Source of the DNA: an uncultured Hyphomicrobiales bacterium | GTDB lineage: Bacteria; Pseudomonadota; Alphaproteobacteria; Rhodospirillales; 2-12-FULL-67-15 | Reading direction: 5' to 3' | Assembly: GCA_964412955.1 (NCBI GenBank) | Contig: CAYPQV010000014.1 | Location: 20,014-84,013 of the forward strand | DNA length: 64,000 bases | Shown here: piece by piece, positions 46,244-55,451 of the stretch | Numbering within the stretch: the first letter of the stretch is position 1 | Layout of the letters: every line of letters begins with the position of its first letter | The notes under the pieces: model-generated | Databases searched by the model: none | Told to the model about the DNA's origin: nothing | Seen by the model: the letters and a program-made list of their open reading frames with translations, nothing else | Position numbers and translations under genes: made by a program

Positions 46244-46738
46244 CTACTTCTTGGCCTTGACCGCGATCTTCTTGGTCCCGGAGCGGACTTCCGCCGGCTT
46301 GGGCAACACGATCTTCAGCACGCCCTTGTCGAACTCGGCGGCAACGTCCTCCTCCGCCACCTCGTAGGGCAGCCGGAAGGTGCGCTCGAACACGCCGTAG
46401 GACCGCTCGACGACGCGGTAGTCTTCTTTCTTGCGCTCCTCCTCGATCTTCTTCTCGCCCTTGATGGTGAGCAGGTCGCCGCGCAACGTCACGTCGACGT
46501 CCTTCTCCTCCACCCCGGGCAGTTCGGCGGTGATGCGGAGCTCCTTCTCGGTTTCGCTCATATCGATCTTGAAATCCGCCATCTCGCCGTTGCCGGGCCA
46601 ACGCATCGCCGGGAGCCGGCCGAAGCTCTCGAAGGCCTTTTCCACCTCCTCGTGGAGGCGAGCAAAGGGGTCATGTCCCCGCCGCTTGGACGGCAGCGAA
46701 GAACCACCCCATTCGAACGGGATCAGGGACTGGAACAT
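46244..46738 (-). CDS. Small heat-shock protein (Hsp20/alpha-crystallin family)
   Basis: Alpha-crystallin domain 'AELPGVEEKDVDVTLRGDLLTIKGEK' and 'GVLKIVLPK'. GGAGGA Shine-Dalgarno 6 nt before the ATG at 46738. Confidence 0.9.
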   Translation of the reverse strand: MFQSLIPFEWGGSSLPSKRRGHDPFARLHEEVEKAFESFGRLPAMRWPGNGEMADFKIDMSETEKELRITAELPGVEEKDVDVTLRGDLLTIKGEKKIEEERKKEDYRVVERSYGVFERTFRLPYEVAEEDVAAEFDKGVLKIVLPKPAEVRSGTKKIAVKAKK

Positions 46739-46851
46739 GGTGTCCTCCATTGCCAGAGTGAACGCCCGACCGCCCCCATAATCCATAGGGACAACCGGAC
46801 GCGATTCGCCGCGTCCTCGCGGCGAACCGAAAAGCTACTCTCTTGAATTTG

Positions 46852-46880
46852 ATATGGGTTCCGCCGTGTAAGCGCGCAAG
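46852..46880 (-). promoter_or_regulatory. Putative sigma-32 (RpoH)-type promoter of hsp20
   Basis: On the minus strand: CTTGCG-N15-ACCCATAT, resembling CTTGAA-N13-17-CCCCATNT. It lies about 110 nt upstream of the start codon. Confidence 0.35.
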
Positions 46881-47028
46881 AGCCGGTTTTCTGGGGTTTT
46901 TCGCCCATGTGCGAAACGGGACTCGATCGCCCTTTTCCAAGGGACGGTTCGGGGCCATGGTCGGCGGAACGCGGCGCCGAGCCTTCCGGCGCCGCGCAAC
47001 AACAAGAACGCGAGGTCGGGCGATCGTC

Positions 47029-47478
47029 ATGGATCAATCGCAAACCACCGTGGTGGTGCGGGCGGGTTTCCGGGCCGCCGTCGCGCTCGCGGTCGAAACG
47101 TTCCGCCGGCACGGTTTTTCGGTCGCGCCGCCGCTCGACCTGCAAGGCGCGTTTCGCGAGCGCCTCGGCGTGCCGTATCGGTCCTATGTCCTGCTGCGGC
47201 TGCACCACGACGATTTGGAACTGAAGGCGCTCGCCCTTTCCCCACGCGCCGGCGCGGTCGGCACCTGCACCGTGTCGGTGCAGGGGATGGAGGACGGCGT
47301 GGTCGAAATCGCGATTCTCGATCCGCTGTCGTCGCTGTTGTCGGCGGCGATGGTCGAGGAGGAGGCCGTGACCCTGATCGCGGCCGAAATGCAGGAGAAG
47401 ATCGCCGCCGTGATGGGGGCGCTCGCCGACGTCGGCGCGGAGCGGGGATACGAGGCGAAAATCGCGGGCGGGAGCTGA
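47029..47478 (+). CDS. DUF302-like protein
   Basis: The pattern 'GFSV...YVLLRLHHDDLELKAL...GTCTVSV...VVEIAILDP' resembles DUF302 family proteins. Assigned by eye. Confidence 0.5.
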   Translation: MDQSQTTVVVRAGFRAAVALAVETFRRHGFSVAPPLDLQGAFRERLGVPYRSYVLLRLHHDDLELKALALSPRAGAVGTCTVSVQGMEDGVVEIAILDPLSSLLSAAMVEEEAVTLIAAEMQEKIAAVMGALADVGAERGYEAKIAGGS

Positions 47479-47483
47479 ACGCG

Positions 47484-47801
47484 TCAGCCCGGCGTCTTGG
47501 AATTCCAGAACACCCACAGCACCCACGCGCCGAAGACGAACATGCCGGCCGCGAACGGCGGGGATGGAATCCCTCTCTCCTTGTCGGGCGGCTCGCCGCG
47601 CCAATAGGCGTAAAGCCCCCGCGCGCCGAAAACGAAACAGAGCAACCCGACCAGCATGCCGGTCGCCCAGCCGGCCCATGTCGTTTCCCTTTCCGAAAGC
47701 CATGCGAAGATGTCGGCCGCCGGCGCGGCCGGCGCGCCCGGCTCCGGCGGCGCCGCGGGAGCGTTGGCGGGCGCCTGGGACGCGGCGGACGGATGGGTCA
47801 C
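47484..47801 (-). CDS. Small membrane protein (hypothetical)
   Basis: Two hydrophobic segments; lies downstream of the CHAP gene on the same strand. Confidence 0.45.
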   Translation of the reverse strand: MTHPSAASQAPANAPAAPPEPGAPAAPAADIFAWLSERETTWAGWATGMLVGLLCFVFGARGLYAYWRGEPPDKERGIPSPPFAAGMFVFGAWVLWVFWNSKTPG

Positions 47802-47810
47802 GTTGGAATT

Positions 47811-48335
47811 CTAGTTCGACGCGATTTGGCTGTCGGCGGCGGGATGAATGAACCCGTAGGTCGGATAGACGCGCCGGCCGAGGGAATCGGAAGGCGCGTG
47901 CCAGACCCGAACCGCCGACCAATCGTTGTTCGCCGACACGTCGACGACCCGGACCGAGCGGTCGACGTTGCCGCGCGCGCTCCGGTCGCGGCGCGCCGCC
48001 CAATTGGCGTGATCGACCGTGATCTCGCGGCGCCCGACGACCTCGGCGACCACCGAGACGTGGCCGCGCGCGAGCCGGTCGGTCCGCCGGAACACGAGGA
48101 TCGAGCCGATCTCCGGGGCACGGCCGCGGGCGAGCCCCGCGCGGTTCGCCTTGCCCCACCAGGTCCAGGCGTCGCCCTGGAGCGGCACCTGGGTGATCTC
48201 GCGGGCATACTGCACGCATTGCAGGACCGCCGCTTCCAGCGGCGCCGCGGCGAGGGCGACGACAAGGGCAACGGCGACGGCGAGCCACGCGGTGCGTGCC
48301 CACGACGTCGCGATTCGGAACGGTCGAACGATCAA
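47811..48335 (-). CDS. CHAP-domain protein (exported amidase/peptidase-like)
   Basis: Signal or anchor segment, then Cys 'LQCVQYAR' and His 'RGHVSVV' at the spacing typical of CHAP domains. Confidence 0.7.
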   Translation of the reverse strand: MIVRPFRIATSWARTAWLAVAVALVVALAAAPLEAAVLQCVQYAREITQVPLQGDAWTWWGKANRAGLARGRAPEIGSILVFRRTDRLARGHVSVVAEVVGRREITVDHANWAARRDRSARGNVDRSVRVVDVSANNDWSAVRVWHAPSDSLGRRVYPTYGFIHPAADSQIASN

Positions 48336-48435
48336 CGGAAAAACCCCTGTCTCGGAGAACGCCGGTTGACCCGGCTTTTAGCCCATGCTCCCGTCTAGCA
48401 AAGGACGGGCACGGCGGGCAAGGGGGCCGCGCGCG

Positions 48436-49164
48436 ATGGCGGAATTGGCGGCGGCGGCGGGGGTCGGGGCACTGGTGTTCGACGTGTTCGGCACCTGCGT
48501 CGATTGGCGAAGCGGAATCGCGCGCGCATTCGAGGCTTTCGCCCGGACCCACGGCATCTCGGGCGTCGACGGCCGGGCGTTCGCCGACGCTTGGCGCGCG
48601 CGCTATCAGCCGCAAATGGAGGAAGTGCGCTCGGGCCGCCGGCCGTGGACCATTCTCGATGTGCTGCACCGGGAAAGCCTGGATCGGGTGATCGCTAGTT
48701 TCGGGATTCGAAACATTTCCGCGGCCGCCCTGGACGAGCTCAATCTCGCCTGGCACCGGCTCGATCCCTGGCCCGACGTCGTCGAGGGGCTGACCCGCCT
48801 CAAGGCCAAATACGTGATCGCGCCGCTTTCCAACGGCAACGTGGCGCTCCTGCTCGACATGGCGAAACGGGCGGGATTGCCGTGGGATGCGATTTTGGGA
48901 GCCGAAGTCGCGCGCGCCTACAAGCCGCTGCCGGAATCGTACCGGCGCACTGCCGAAATTCTCGGCCTCGCGCCCGCGCGCGTGATGCTGGTCGCCGCCC
49001 ACAACGACGATCTGGCCGCCGCCGGCCGGGCCGGCCTGCGATGCGGGTTCGTGCCGCGTCCCCGGGAATACGGCCCAAATCAAATCAAGGATTTGAAGCC
49101 GGAGCGGGATTACGACGCCGTCGCCGCCGATTTTTGCGACCTCGCCCGCCGGATGGGGTGCTGA
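48436..49164 (+). CDS. Haloacid dehalogenase type II family hydrolase
   Basis: 'LVFDVFGTCVDW' (DxxGT motif I), 'APLSNG' and 'VAAHNDDLAAA'. Confidence 0.8.
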   Translation: MAELAAAAGVGALVFDVFGTCVDWRSGIARAFEAFARTHGISGVDGRAFADAWRARYQPQMEEVRSGRRPWTILDVLHRESLDRVIASFGIRNISAAALDELNLAWHRLDPWPDVVEGLTRLKAKYVIAPLSNGNVALLLDMAKRAGLPWDAILGAEVARAYKPLPESYRRTAEILGLAPARVMLVAAHNDDLAAAGRAGLRCGFVPRPREYGPNQIKDLKPERDYDAVAADFCDLARRMGC

Positions 49165-49314
49165 CGCCCAAACAAAAAACCTCACGGAAAATCCGGAGCG
49201 GATTCCGTCCGCGAAACGTCAAGCAAATTTCATATCCATTCCCATCACAACGTGCATAAAATAGCAACATAAAACCAAAAAACGCCACAACAGCCCACAT
49301 CAGGAGATCACGAC

Positions 49315-50370
49315 ATGAGAGTACGGAACGCTATCGCGGCGGCGGTCGCCGTCGCCGCGCTCGCTTGGACGGGCGTCGCGGTCGAGGCTGCGGAGGTCTC
49401 GGACAAGCGCCTCAAGGAAATCTACGCCATGTCGCCGGAACAGATGGCGATGACCGGCGCCTGGACGCGCTCGAACTTCGATCGGCTCGCGACTCACCTC
49501 AACTCGATCAAGGACCCGAAGATCCGCGCGCTGATCCTCGACATGGTCAACAATCCGAAATCGACCGTGTTCAACGCCACCGCGCAGAAAAACGCGTTCC
49601 GCGTCATGCCCGCGGCCGGCGGTCCGGGCCATCACTTCTATCCCGGCGGGCTCGCCGTGCACGCGGCCGAGAACATCGAGATCGCCTTCGGCTGGGCCGA
49701 CATGTTCGCCCGGGTTCACGGAGTCACCGACGTCAACCGCGACATGGTGATCGCCGCGCTGACCCTGCACGACTGGGCCAAGGTCTGGTACGAGTGGGAT
49801 GCGGCGACCGGCGGGATCAAGCGGCCGGCGTGGTTCCCCGCCTACTGGGGCGGCGACCAAGGCATCGCCAAGTGGAAATGGATGGGCGGCCACGGCGCCA
49901 TCGTCTATTCCGAACTGATGAAACGCGGCGCGCCGACCGAATTGATCATCGCCACCGCCGCGTCCCACTTCGATCCGTTCTGGGACGTGGAAAAAGCCGA
50001 CGGCAAGGAAGGCCTGAACGCGGCGCTGGCCGAAGCCGCCAAGCTCGCCGGCGTGCCCGCGCCCAAGGTCGATCCGGCCAAACGCATGGCCGAATGGTGG
50101 ATGTCGGTCTTTTCCGACGGTTCATGGTCGTTCTCCCATTACATCGCCGGACAGTTCGCGCATAACTGGATCCGCGACGTGGCCAAGGACCTCGGCATCG
50201 ATCCGAAGTCGCCGGAAGCCAACAAGCTCGCCTGGTTCGTGTTGACCCGGATTTCCGACTTCAAGCTCTACAGCGTCTATCAGAGCGCGGGATTCAACGC
50301 GGATACGGTCAAGAAGCTGATCATGTCGATCCTCAAGGATTCGTCGGCGTACGAGGTGCCGGCGAGCTGA
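49315..50370 (+). CDS. Exported HD-superfamily metal-dependent hydrolase-like protein
   Basis: Sec-type signal 'AAAVAVAALAWTGVAVEA'. 'GHHFYPGGLAVHAAEN' followed by 'ALTLHDWAK' matches the H...HD pattern of HD domains. Confidence 0.55.
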   Translation: MRVRNAIAAAVAVAALAWTGVAVEAAEVSDKRLKEIYAMSPEQMAMTGAWTRSNFDRLATHLNSIKDPKIRALILDMVNNPKSTVFNATAQKNAFRVMPAAGGPGHHFYPGGLAVHAAENIEIAFGWADMFARVHGVTDVNRDMVIAALTLHDWAKVWYEWDAATGGIKRPAWFPAYWGGDQGIAKWKWMGGHGAIVYSELMKRGAPTELIIATAASHFDPFWDVEKADGKEGLNAALAEAAKLAGVPAPKVDPAKRMAEWWMSVFSDGSWSFSHYIAGQFAHNWIRDVAKDLGIDPKSPEANKLAWFVLTRISDFKLYSVYQSAGFNADTVKKLIMSILKDSSAYEVPAS

Positions 50371-50461
50371 CATCTTGTCGGGTCGTTTCTAACCTGCCGT
50401 CCCCCGCCCTTTGTCCCGTGTTGTCGGAAAAAAGGGCGGGGGATAAGTTTTAGCGGTCGGC

Positions 50462-50848
50462 ATGTATCGGCGCTTCATCCCCGTATTCGTTTTGGCGGCG
50501 CTGGCGGCGTGCTGGCCCGCGCCGCCGGCGCGCGCCGCCGAAGCGGTCCGCGCGTTCGAGATCAAAGTGGAAAACGGCGCGGTCGCGCCCAAGCAACGCA
50601 CCCTCAAGGTTCCGCACCAGGCCGAGGTCAACATCATCTGGTCGGTCGACCGCCCGCTGGTGATTCATCTCGAAGGCTATGACGTTACGGTCGAAGTCCG
50701 GCCCGGCCGGCCCGAAACCATGCGCCTCAAGGCGCATATCACCGGGCGTTTCCCGGTTCATGCCCACGAAATCGATCGGGGCGCCGCCGGGAAGCCCGCC
50801 CACGCCCACGGCCGCGCGCTGCTTCGCTTGGAGGTGCATCCGCGATGA
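50462..50848 (+). CDS. Small periplasmic cupredoxin-like protein with His-rich motifs
   Basis: Signal peptide, a beta-rich sequence, then 'VHAHEIDRGAAGKPAHAHG'. The fold assignment is tentative. Confidence 0.5.
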   Translation: MYRRFIPVFVLAALAACWPAPPARAAEAVRAFEIKVENGAVAPKQRTLKVPHQAEVNIIWSVDRPLVIHLEGYDVTVEVRPGRPETMRLKAHITGRFPVHAHEIDRGAAGKPAHAHGRALLRLEVHPR

Positions 50849-52314
50849 GGCGCGCGGCGGCGGTGCTGGCGCTGTGTCTCTTCGCGTGGGCCGCGAGCGG
50901 CGATCCGGCGCACGCTCATGCCTTCGGCCAGCGTTACGAACTGCCGGTGCCGGTGTGGCTGTTCGTGATCGGCGGGGCGCTGACGGTGACGGTGACGTTT
51001 GTCATGGTCGCGGTGTTCGCCCGCGGCGGGGCCGAGGCCTACGCCGAGGCCCGGCTCGATCTCTCCCGCAATCCGCTCGGCCGCGTGCTCGGCCATGCCC
51101 TGATCCGGGCGTCGGCGCGCGCGTGCGGCGTTCTGGTGTTGGCGCTGGCGCTGCTCGCCGGTTTCTTCGGTCCGTCCGATCCGAACGCGAACCCGGCGCC
51201 GGCCCTGATCTGGATCGCCTGGTGGGTCGGCTTTTCCTATCTGGTGATGCTGGTCGGCAATCCGTGGCCGCTGGTCAATCCGTGGCGGACTCTCTTTGAT
51301 TGGGCCGCACGGGCCGGCGTCGGGTTGTCGGCGCGCTACCGTCCTTATCCCGCCCGTCTCGGCGCCTGGCCGGCGGTCGGATTCCTGCTGATGTTCTTCT
51401 GGTTCGAATTGATCTTTCCCTTCTCGGCGATGCCGAAAACCCTGGCGACGCTGGTGGTCGCCTATTCGCTGGTGACGTGGATCGGCATGGCGGTCTACGG
51501 CCCCGAAGCGTGGCTCGCCAACGCCGATCCGGTACACCGCGTATTCGATCTCTACGCCCGCTTCGCCCCGGTGGGCGCGGAACGGCGCGGCAACGGCGCT
51601 TCCGCGTTGACGCTGCGCCCTTACGCCGCGGCCCTGCTGCGGCGCGACGAGGCGGTCGCGCCCGTCGCCGTCGCCTGTTTCGTGGTTGCGCTGCTGACCG
51701 GCGTCTTGTTTGACGGTCTGCTCGGCAGCGGCCATTGGACGCTGGTCGAGAACGCGGTGCATGACGCCTATCCCAAGCTCGGCGATGTCGGCTGGGTGCT
51801 GATCCACACCGCGGCCTTTTTGCTTTTGTGGCTGGCGGTTCTCGGGCTCTTCTGGGCGACCTGCTGGTCGATGGCCAGGGTCGCGGGCAGCGGCAAGGAT
51901 ACTCTCGATCACATGCGCGCGTTCGCGCTGACCCTGATCCCGATCGCGGTCGGCTACCATTTTGCCCACACCTTCACCTACCTGCTGGTTCAGGGTCAGT
52001 CGCTGATCCCGCTAATTTCGGATCCATTCGGCCTCGGCTGGAATCTGTTCGGCACCCGCGCCTATCGGATCGATATCGCGGTGATGAGCACCAGGGCCGC
52101 CTGGTACCTGGCGGTCGGCGCGATCGTCGTCGGCCATTCGGTGTCGGTTTATCTCGCCCACGTCGCCGCCGACCGGCTGCTGGCGAGTCGGGCGCGCGCG
52201 TTTCGCGCCCTGGTGCCGATGACAATCCTGATGATTGTCTATACGGTGGTCAGTCTGCAGATTCTGGCGGAGCCGCTGGTGCGCTACTCCGGCCCGCAGG
52301 AAACGATCATCTAG
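50845..52314 (+). CDS. Polytopic membrane protein (hypothetical), translationally coupled to the upstream small protein
   Basis: ATGA overlap with the upstream gene. Signal peptide followed by 'DPAHAHAFGQRY', and at least 10 hydrophobic segments. Confidence 0.6.
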   Translation: MRRAAAVLALCLFAWAASGDPAHAHAFGQRYELPVPVWLFVIGGALTVTVTFVMVAVFARGGAEAYAEARLDLSRNPLGRVLGHALIRASARACGVLVLALALLAGFFGPSDPNANPAPALIWIAWWVGFSYLVMLVGNPWPLVNPWRTLFDWAARAGVGLSARYRPYPARLGAWPAVGFLLMFFWFELIFPFSAMPKTLATLVVAYSLVTWIGMAVYGPEAWLANADPVHRVFDLYARFAPVGAERRGNGASALTLRPYAAALLRRDEAVAPVAVACFVVALLTGVLFDGLLGSGHWTLVENAVHDAYPKLGDVGWVLIHTAAFLLLWLAVLGLFWATCWSMARVAGSGKDTLDHMRAFALTLIPIAVGYHFAHTFTYLLVQGQSLIPLISDPFGLGWNLFGTRAYRIDIAVMSTRAAWYLAVGAIVVGHSVSVYLAHVAADRLLASRARAFRALVPMTILMIVYTVVSLQILAEPLVRYSGPQETII

Positions 52315-52331
52315 GTTTATTCCGCATCGCG

Positions 52332-53072
52332 ATGCCCGACTTTCTCTGGTTCCTCGTCGCCGGCGTTTTCGCCCTGGGCGGCACGGTCAAGGGCATCATT
52401 GGCCTCGGAATGCCCGCCATCGTCATGGGTCTGCTGGTGGTCGTCATGACGCCGGGCGAGGCGGCGGCGATCCTGGTGTTGCCGGGGCTGATCCTGAATA
52501 TCTGGCAGATGCTGGCGGGGTCGCATCTGCCGGCGCTCGCCCGCCGCCTGTGGCCGCTGATCCTGTGCGTGGCCGGGGGCACGCTTTCGGGCGCGGGATG
52601 GCTGACCGGCGCCAACGCGCGCTACGGCACCGCCGTTCTCGGCGTGACGTTGGCGGTCTACGCCTTGATCGGGCTCCGCTCCCCGCGCTTTTCCGTGCGG
52701 GCGTCGTCGCGGCGGTGGGCGGACCCGCTGGTCGGCGTCGTCACGGGATTGATCGGCGCCGCGACCAGCGTCTTCGTCATCCCCTTGGTGCCGTACCTGC
52801 ACGCGACCGGGCTCGAGAAGGACGAACTGGTGCAGGCCCTCGGGTTGATGTTCGCGGTCTCGATGGTCGCGCTCGGCGTCAATCTCTACTTCGCCTCCGC
52901 GCTCCATTGGTCGCTCGGGCCGGCCGCCGCGGTCGCGCTCGCGGGCGCGGCCGCCGGGCAGTGGTTCGGCCAGTCGGTGCGGCGCAAGCTGCGCCCGGAC
53001 GTGTTCCGGACGTGCTTCTTCATCGGGTTGCTGCTGCTCGGGATTTACTTGTTCGCCCGTTCCGTCGCTTAA
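52332..53072 (+). CDS. TSUP-family membrane transporter (TauE/SafE family), second copy
   Basis: 'GIIGLGMPA' and duplicated 4-TM halves; 246 aa. Confidence 0.75.
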   Translation: MPDFLWFLVAGVFALGGTVKGIIGLGMPAIVMGLLVVVMTPGEAAAILVLPGLILNIWQMLAGSHLPALARRLWPLILCVAGGTLSGAGWLTGANARYGTAVLGVTLAVYALIGLRSPRFSVRASSRRWADPLVGVVTGLIGAATSVFVIPLVPYLHATGLEKDELVQALGLMFAVSMVALGVNLYFASALHWSLGPAAAVALAGAAAGQWFGQSVRRKLRPDVFRTCFFIGLLLLGIYLFARSVA

Positions 53073-53650
53073 GGTCTGATGCTGCCGACGATCGCGAGCT
53101 TGTCGCCCTCGCGCCTGAGCACGATCCCCTCGCCCGACCCGGTTGGACGGTCGATGATGGCCATGATCGTGAACTGGTGCGTGGCGACGACCAGCGCGCC
53201 GGGGCCGTCCCACGCGAGCAGGATGCGCCGCGCGATCTCGGCCTGGGCGGGTCCTCGGCTCCGGTCGGCGTGGAGCGAATCGAACGCGGGCTCCGGCACG
53301 GCGTGTCCCGGAAACGCCAGTTCGGCGGTTTCCGACGCCCGGCACCAGCGCGACGTCAGCACGCGGCCGACCGCGATTCCGCGTTCGCGGAACGCCTGGC
53401 CGATGCGCCGGGCCTGGGCGCGGCCCACGTCGTCGAGGTTGCGCTGGGTCGCGCAGTCGTCGAGGCGCATTCCCGGCGGATCGTAGTTGCCGGGGGCGTT
53501 GGCGTGGCGAAAAAGGACGATGCCGCCGGCTTTCAACGCCGCCCACGCGGCGTCCTCCGCCGCGCGCTCCGATGCCGGGGCCGGCGATGCGGTCGCGGCC
53601 GCTAGCGCCAACGCGAGGGCGCAGAATCTACTCAGATATCCGCGTAGCAA
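53069..53650 (-). CDS. Exported histidine-phosphatase-family protein
   Basis: '[11 protein letters not shown]' RHA catalytic motif, and a signal peptide '[16 protein letters not shown]'. The proposed TTG start at 53650 overlaps the ilvD 3' end. The ORF-track ATG at 53764 would lie deep inside ilvD. Confidence 0.6.
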   Translation of the reverse strand: MLRGYLSRFCALALALAAATASPAPASERAAEDAAWAALKAGGIVLFRHANAPGNYDPPGMRLDDCATQRNLDDVGRAQARRIGQAFRERGIAVGRVLTSRWCRASETAELAFPGHAVPEPAFDSLHADRSRGPAQAEIARRILLAWDGPGALVVATHQFTIMAIIDRPTGSGEGIVLRREGDKLAIVGSIRP

Positions 53651-55386
53651 TGGGTTTCCGCTCCGCCGCCGGGGTGCGTGACCGCGCCCTCGCAGGCGTC
53701 GCCCACGTTGCGGGCGTAGCGCCAGAGCGTGCCCGACTGGTAGTCGTGCGCCCTCGGCTTCCACGCCTTTTTCCGCTTGGCGAGTTCGGCCGCCGAGAGA
53801 TCGACGTCGAGGGTGCCCTTGACCGCGTCGATGCGGATCCTGTCGCCGTTCTTCAAAAGCCCGATCGGGCCGCCGACCGCGGCCTCCGGCCCAACGTGGC
53901 CGATGCAGAAACCGCGGGTCGCGCCGGAAAAGCGCCCGTCGGTGATGAGCGCGACCTTGTCGCCCATGCCCTGGCCGTAGAGCGCCGAGGTGGTCGACAG
54001 CATCTCACGCATGCCGGGGCCGCCGCGCGGGCCTTCGTAGCGGATGACGATCACTTCGCCTTCCTGGTACTTGCGGTTGACCACGGCATCGAACGCCTGT
54101 TCCTCGGAATCGAACACGCGCGCGGGTCCGGCGAACTTGAGCATCTTCATGCCGGCGACCTTCACGATCGCGCCTTGGGGCGCGAGGTTGCCCTTGAGCC
54201 CGACCACGCCGCCGGTCGGCGACAGCGGCTTCTTCGGGTGGCGGATCACGTCCTGGTTCGGATTGAACTTCACGTCGCGCAGGTTCTGGGCGACGGTCTG
54301 GCCGGTCACGGTCATGCAATCGCCGTGCAAAAGTCCGGCGTCGAGCATGACGCGCATGAGCATCGGCACGCCGCCCGCCTCGAACATATCCTTGGCGACG
54401 TATTTGCCGCCCGGCTTCAGGTCGGCGATGTAGGGCGTCTTGCGGAAGATGCGGCACACGTCGTCGAGGTCGAACTTGATCCCGGCCTCGTGGGCGATCG
54501 CGGGCAGGTGCAGTCCGGCGTTGGTCGAACCGCCGGTCGCCGCCACCACCATTGCCGCGTTTTCGAGCGCCTTGCGCGTGACGATGTCGCGCGGGCGGAT
54601 CTTGTCGGCGAGCAGTTTCATGACCGCGTGGCCGCTCGCCTCGCAATAGGCGTCGCGGGATTCGTACGGCGCGGGCGGGCCGGCCGAGCCGGGAAGGGCC
54701 AGGCCCAGCGCCTCCGACACGCAGGCCATGGTGTTGGCGGTGAACTGGCCGCCGCACGATCCGGCCGAGGGGCACGCCAGGCTTTCGATGTCGTGCAGGT
54801 CCCGGTCCGAAATCTTGCCGGTCGAATGCGCGCCGACCGCCTCGAACACGTCCTGCACCGTGATGTCCTTGCCCTTGTAGCGGCCGGGCAGGATCGAGCC
54901 GCCGTAGATGAAAACGGAGGGCACGTTGAGCCGCGCCATCGCCATCATCAGCCCGGGCAGCGACTTGTCGCAGCCGGCGAGGCCGACCAGCGCGTCGTAG
55001 CAATGGCCGCGCACCGTCAATTCGACCGAATCGGCGATTACCTCGCGGCTCACCAGCGACGACTTCATGCCTTGGTGGCCCATGGCGATGCCGTCGGTGA
55101 CGGTGATGGTGGTGAATTCGCGCGGGCAGCCGCCGGCCGCCTTGACGCCCTTCTTCGCGGCCTGCGCCTGGCGCATGAGCGCGGTGTTGCACGGCGCGGC
55201 CTCGTTCCAGGTGGTGACCACGCCGACGAACGGCTGGCGCATTTCGTCCTCGGTCATGCCCATGGCGTAGTAATAGGAGCGGTGCGGCGCGCTCGCCGGG
55301 CCGACGCTGGTGTGCCGGCTCGGCAGCCTGCGCGCGACCTTGTCGATCTTTCCGGCGGCGCCGGATTTTGATTTTTTCCTGGCCAT
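53632..55386 (-). CDS. ilvD: Dihydroxy-acid dehydratase
   Basis: IlvD/Edd family motifs 'GCDKSLPG', '[16 protein letters not shown]' and '[13 protein letters not shown]'. Confidence 0.9.
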   Translation of the reverse strand: MARKKSKSGAAGKIDKVARRLPSRHTSVGPASAPHRSYYYAMGMTEDEMRQPFVGVVTTWNEAAPCNTALMRQAQAAKKGVKAAGGCPREFTTITVTDGIAMGHQGMKSSLVSREVIADSVELTVRGHCYDALVGLAGCDKSLPGLMMAMARLNVPSVFIYGGSILPGRYKGKDITVQDVFEAVGAHSTGKISDRDLHDIESLACPSAGSCGGQFTANTMACVSEALGLALPGSAGPPAPYESRDAYCEASGHAVMKLLADKIRPRDIVTRKALENAAMVVAATGGSTNAGLHLPAIAHEAGIKFDLDDVCRIFRKTPYIADLKPGGKYVAKDMFEAGGVPMLMRVMLDAGLLHGDCMTVTGQTVAQNLRDVKFNPNQDVIRHPKKPLSPTGGVVGLKGNLAPQGAIVKVAGMKMLKFAGPARVFDSEEQAFDAVVNRKYQEGEVIVIRYEGPRGGPGMREMLSTTSALYGQGMGDKVALITDGRFSGATRGFCIGHVGPEAAVGGPIGLLKNGDRIRIDAVKGTLDVDLSAAELAKRKKAWKPRAHDYQSGTLWRYARNVGDACEGAVTHPGGGAETHCYADI

Positions 55387-55451
55387 GGTCTTTTCCCTCG
55401 AAAAAAGCGGAACCGGCGAACTCTAGAAGGGCGGGCGAGGGGGTGCAACTC

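Noticed and set aside
46723-49185. 820-aa minus-strand ORF
   Set aside because: It spans several independently supported genes on both strands (DUF302-like, CHAP, HAD hydrolase). Its composition is dominated by Arg/Pro/Gly. I treat it as a GC artefact.
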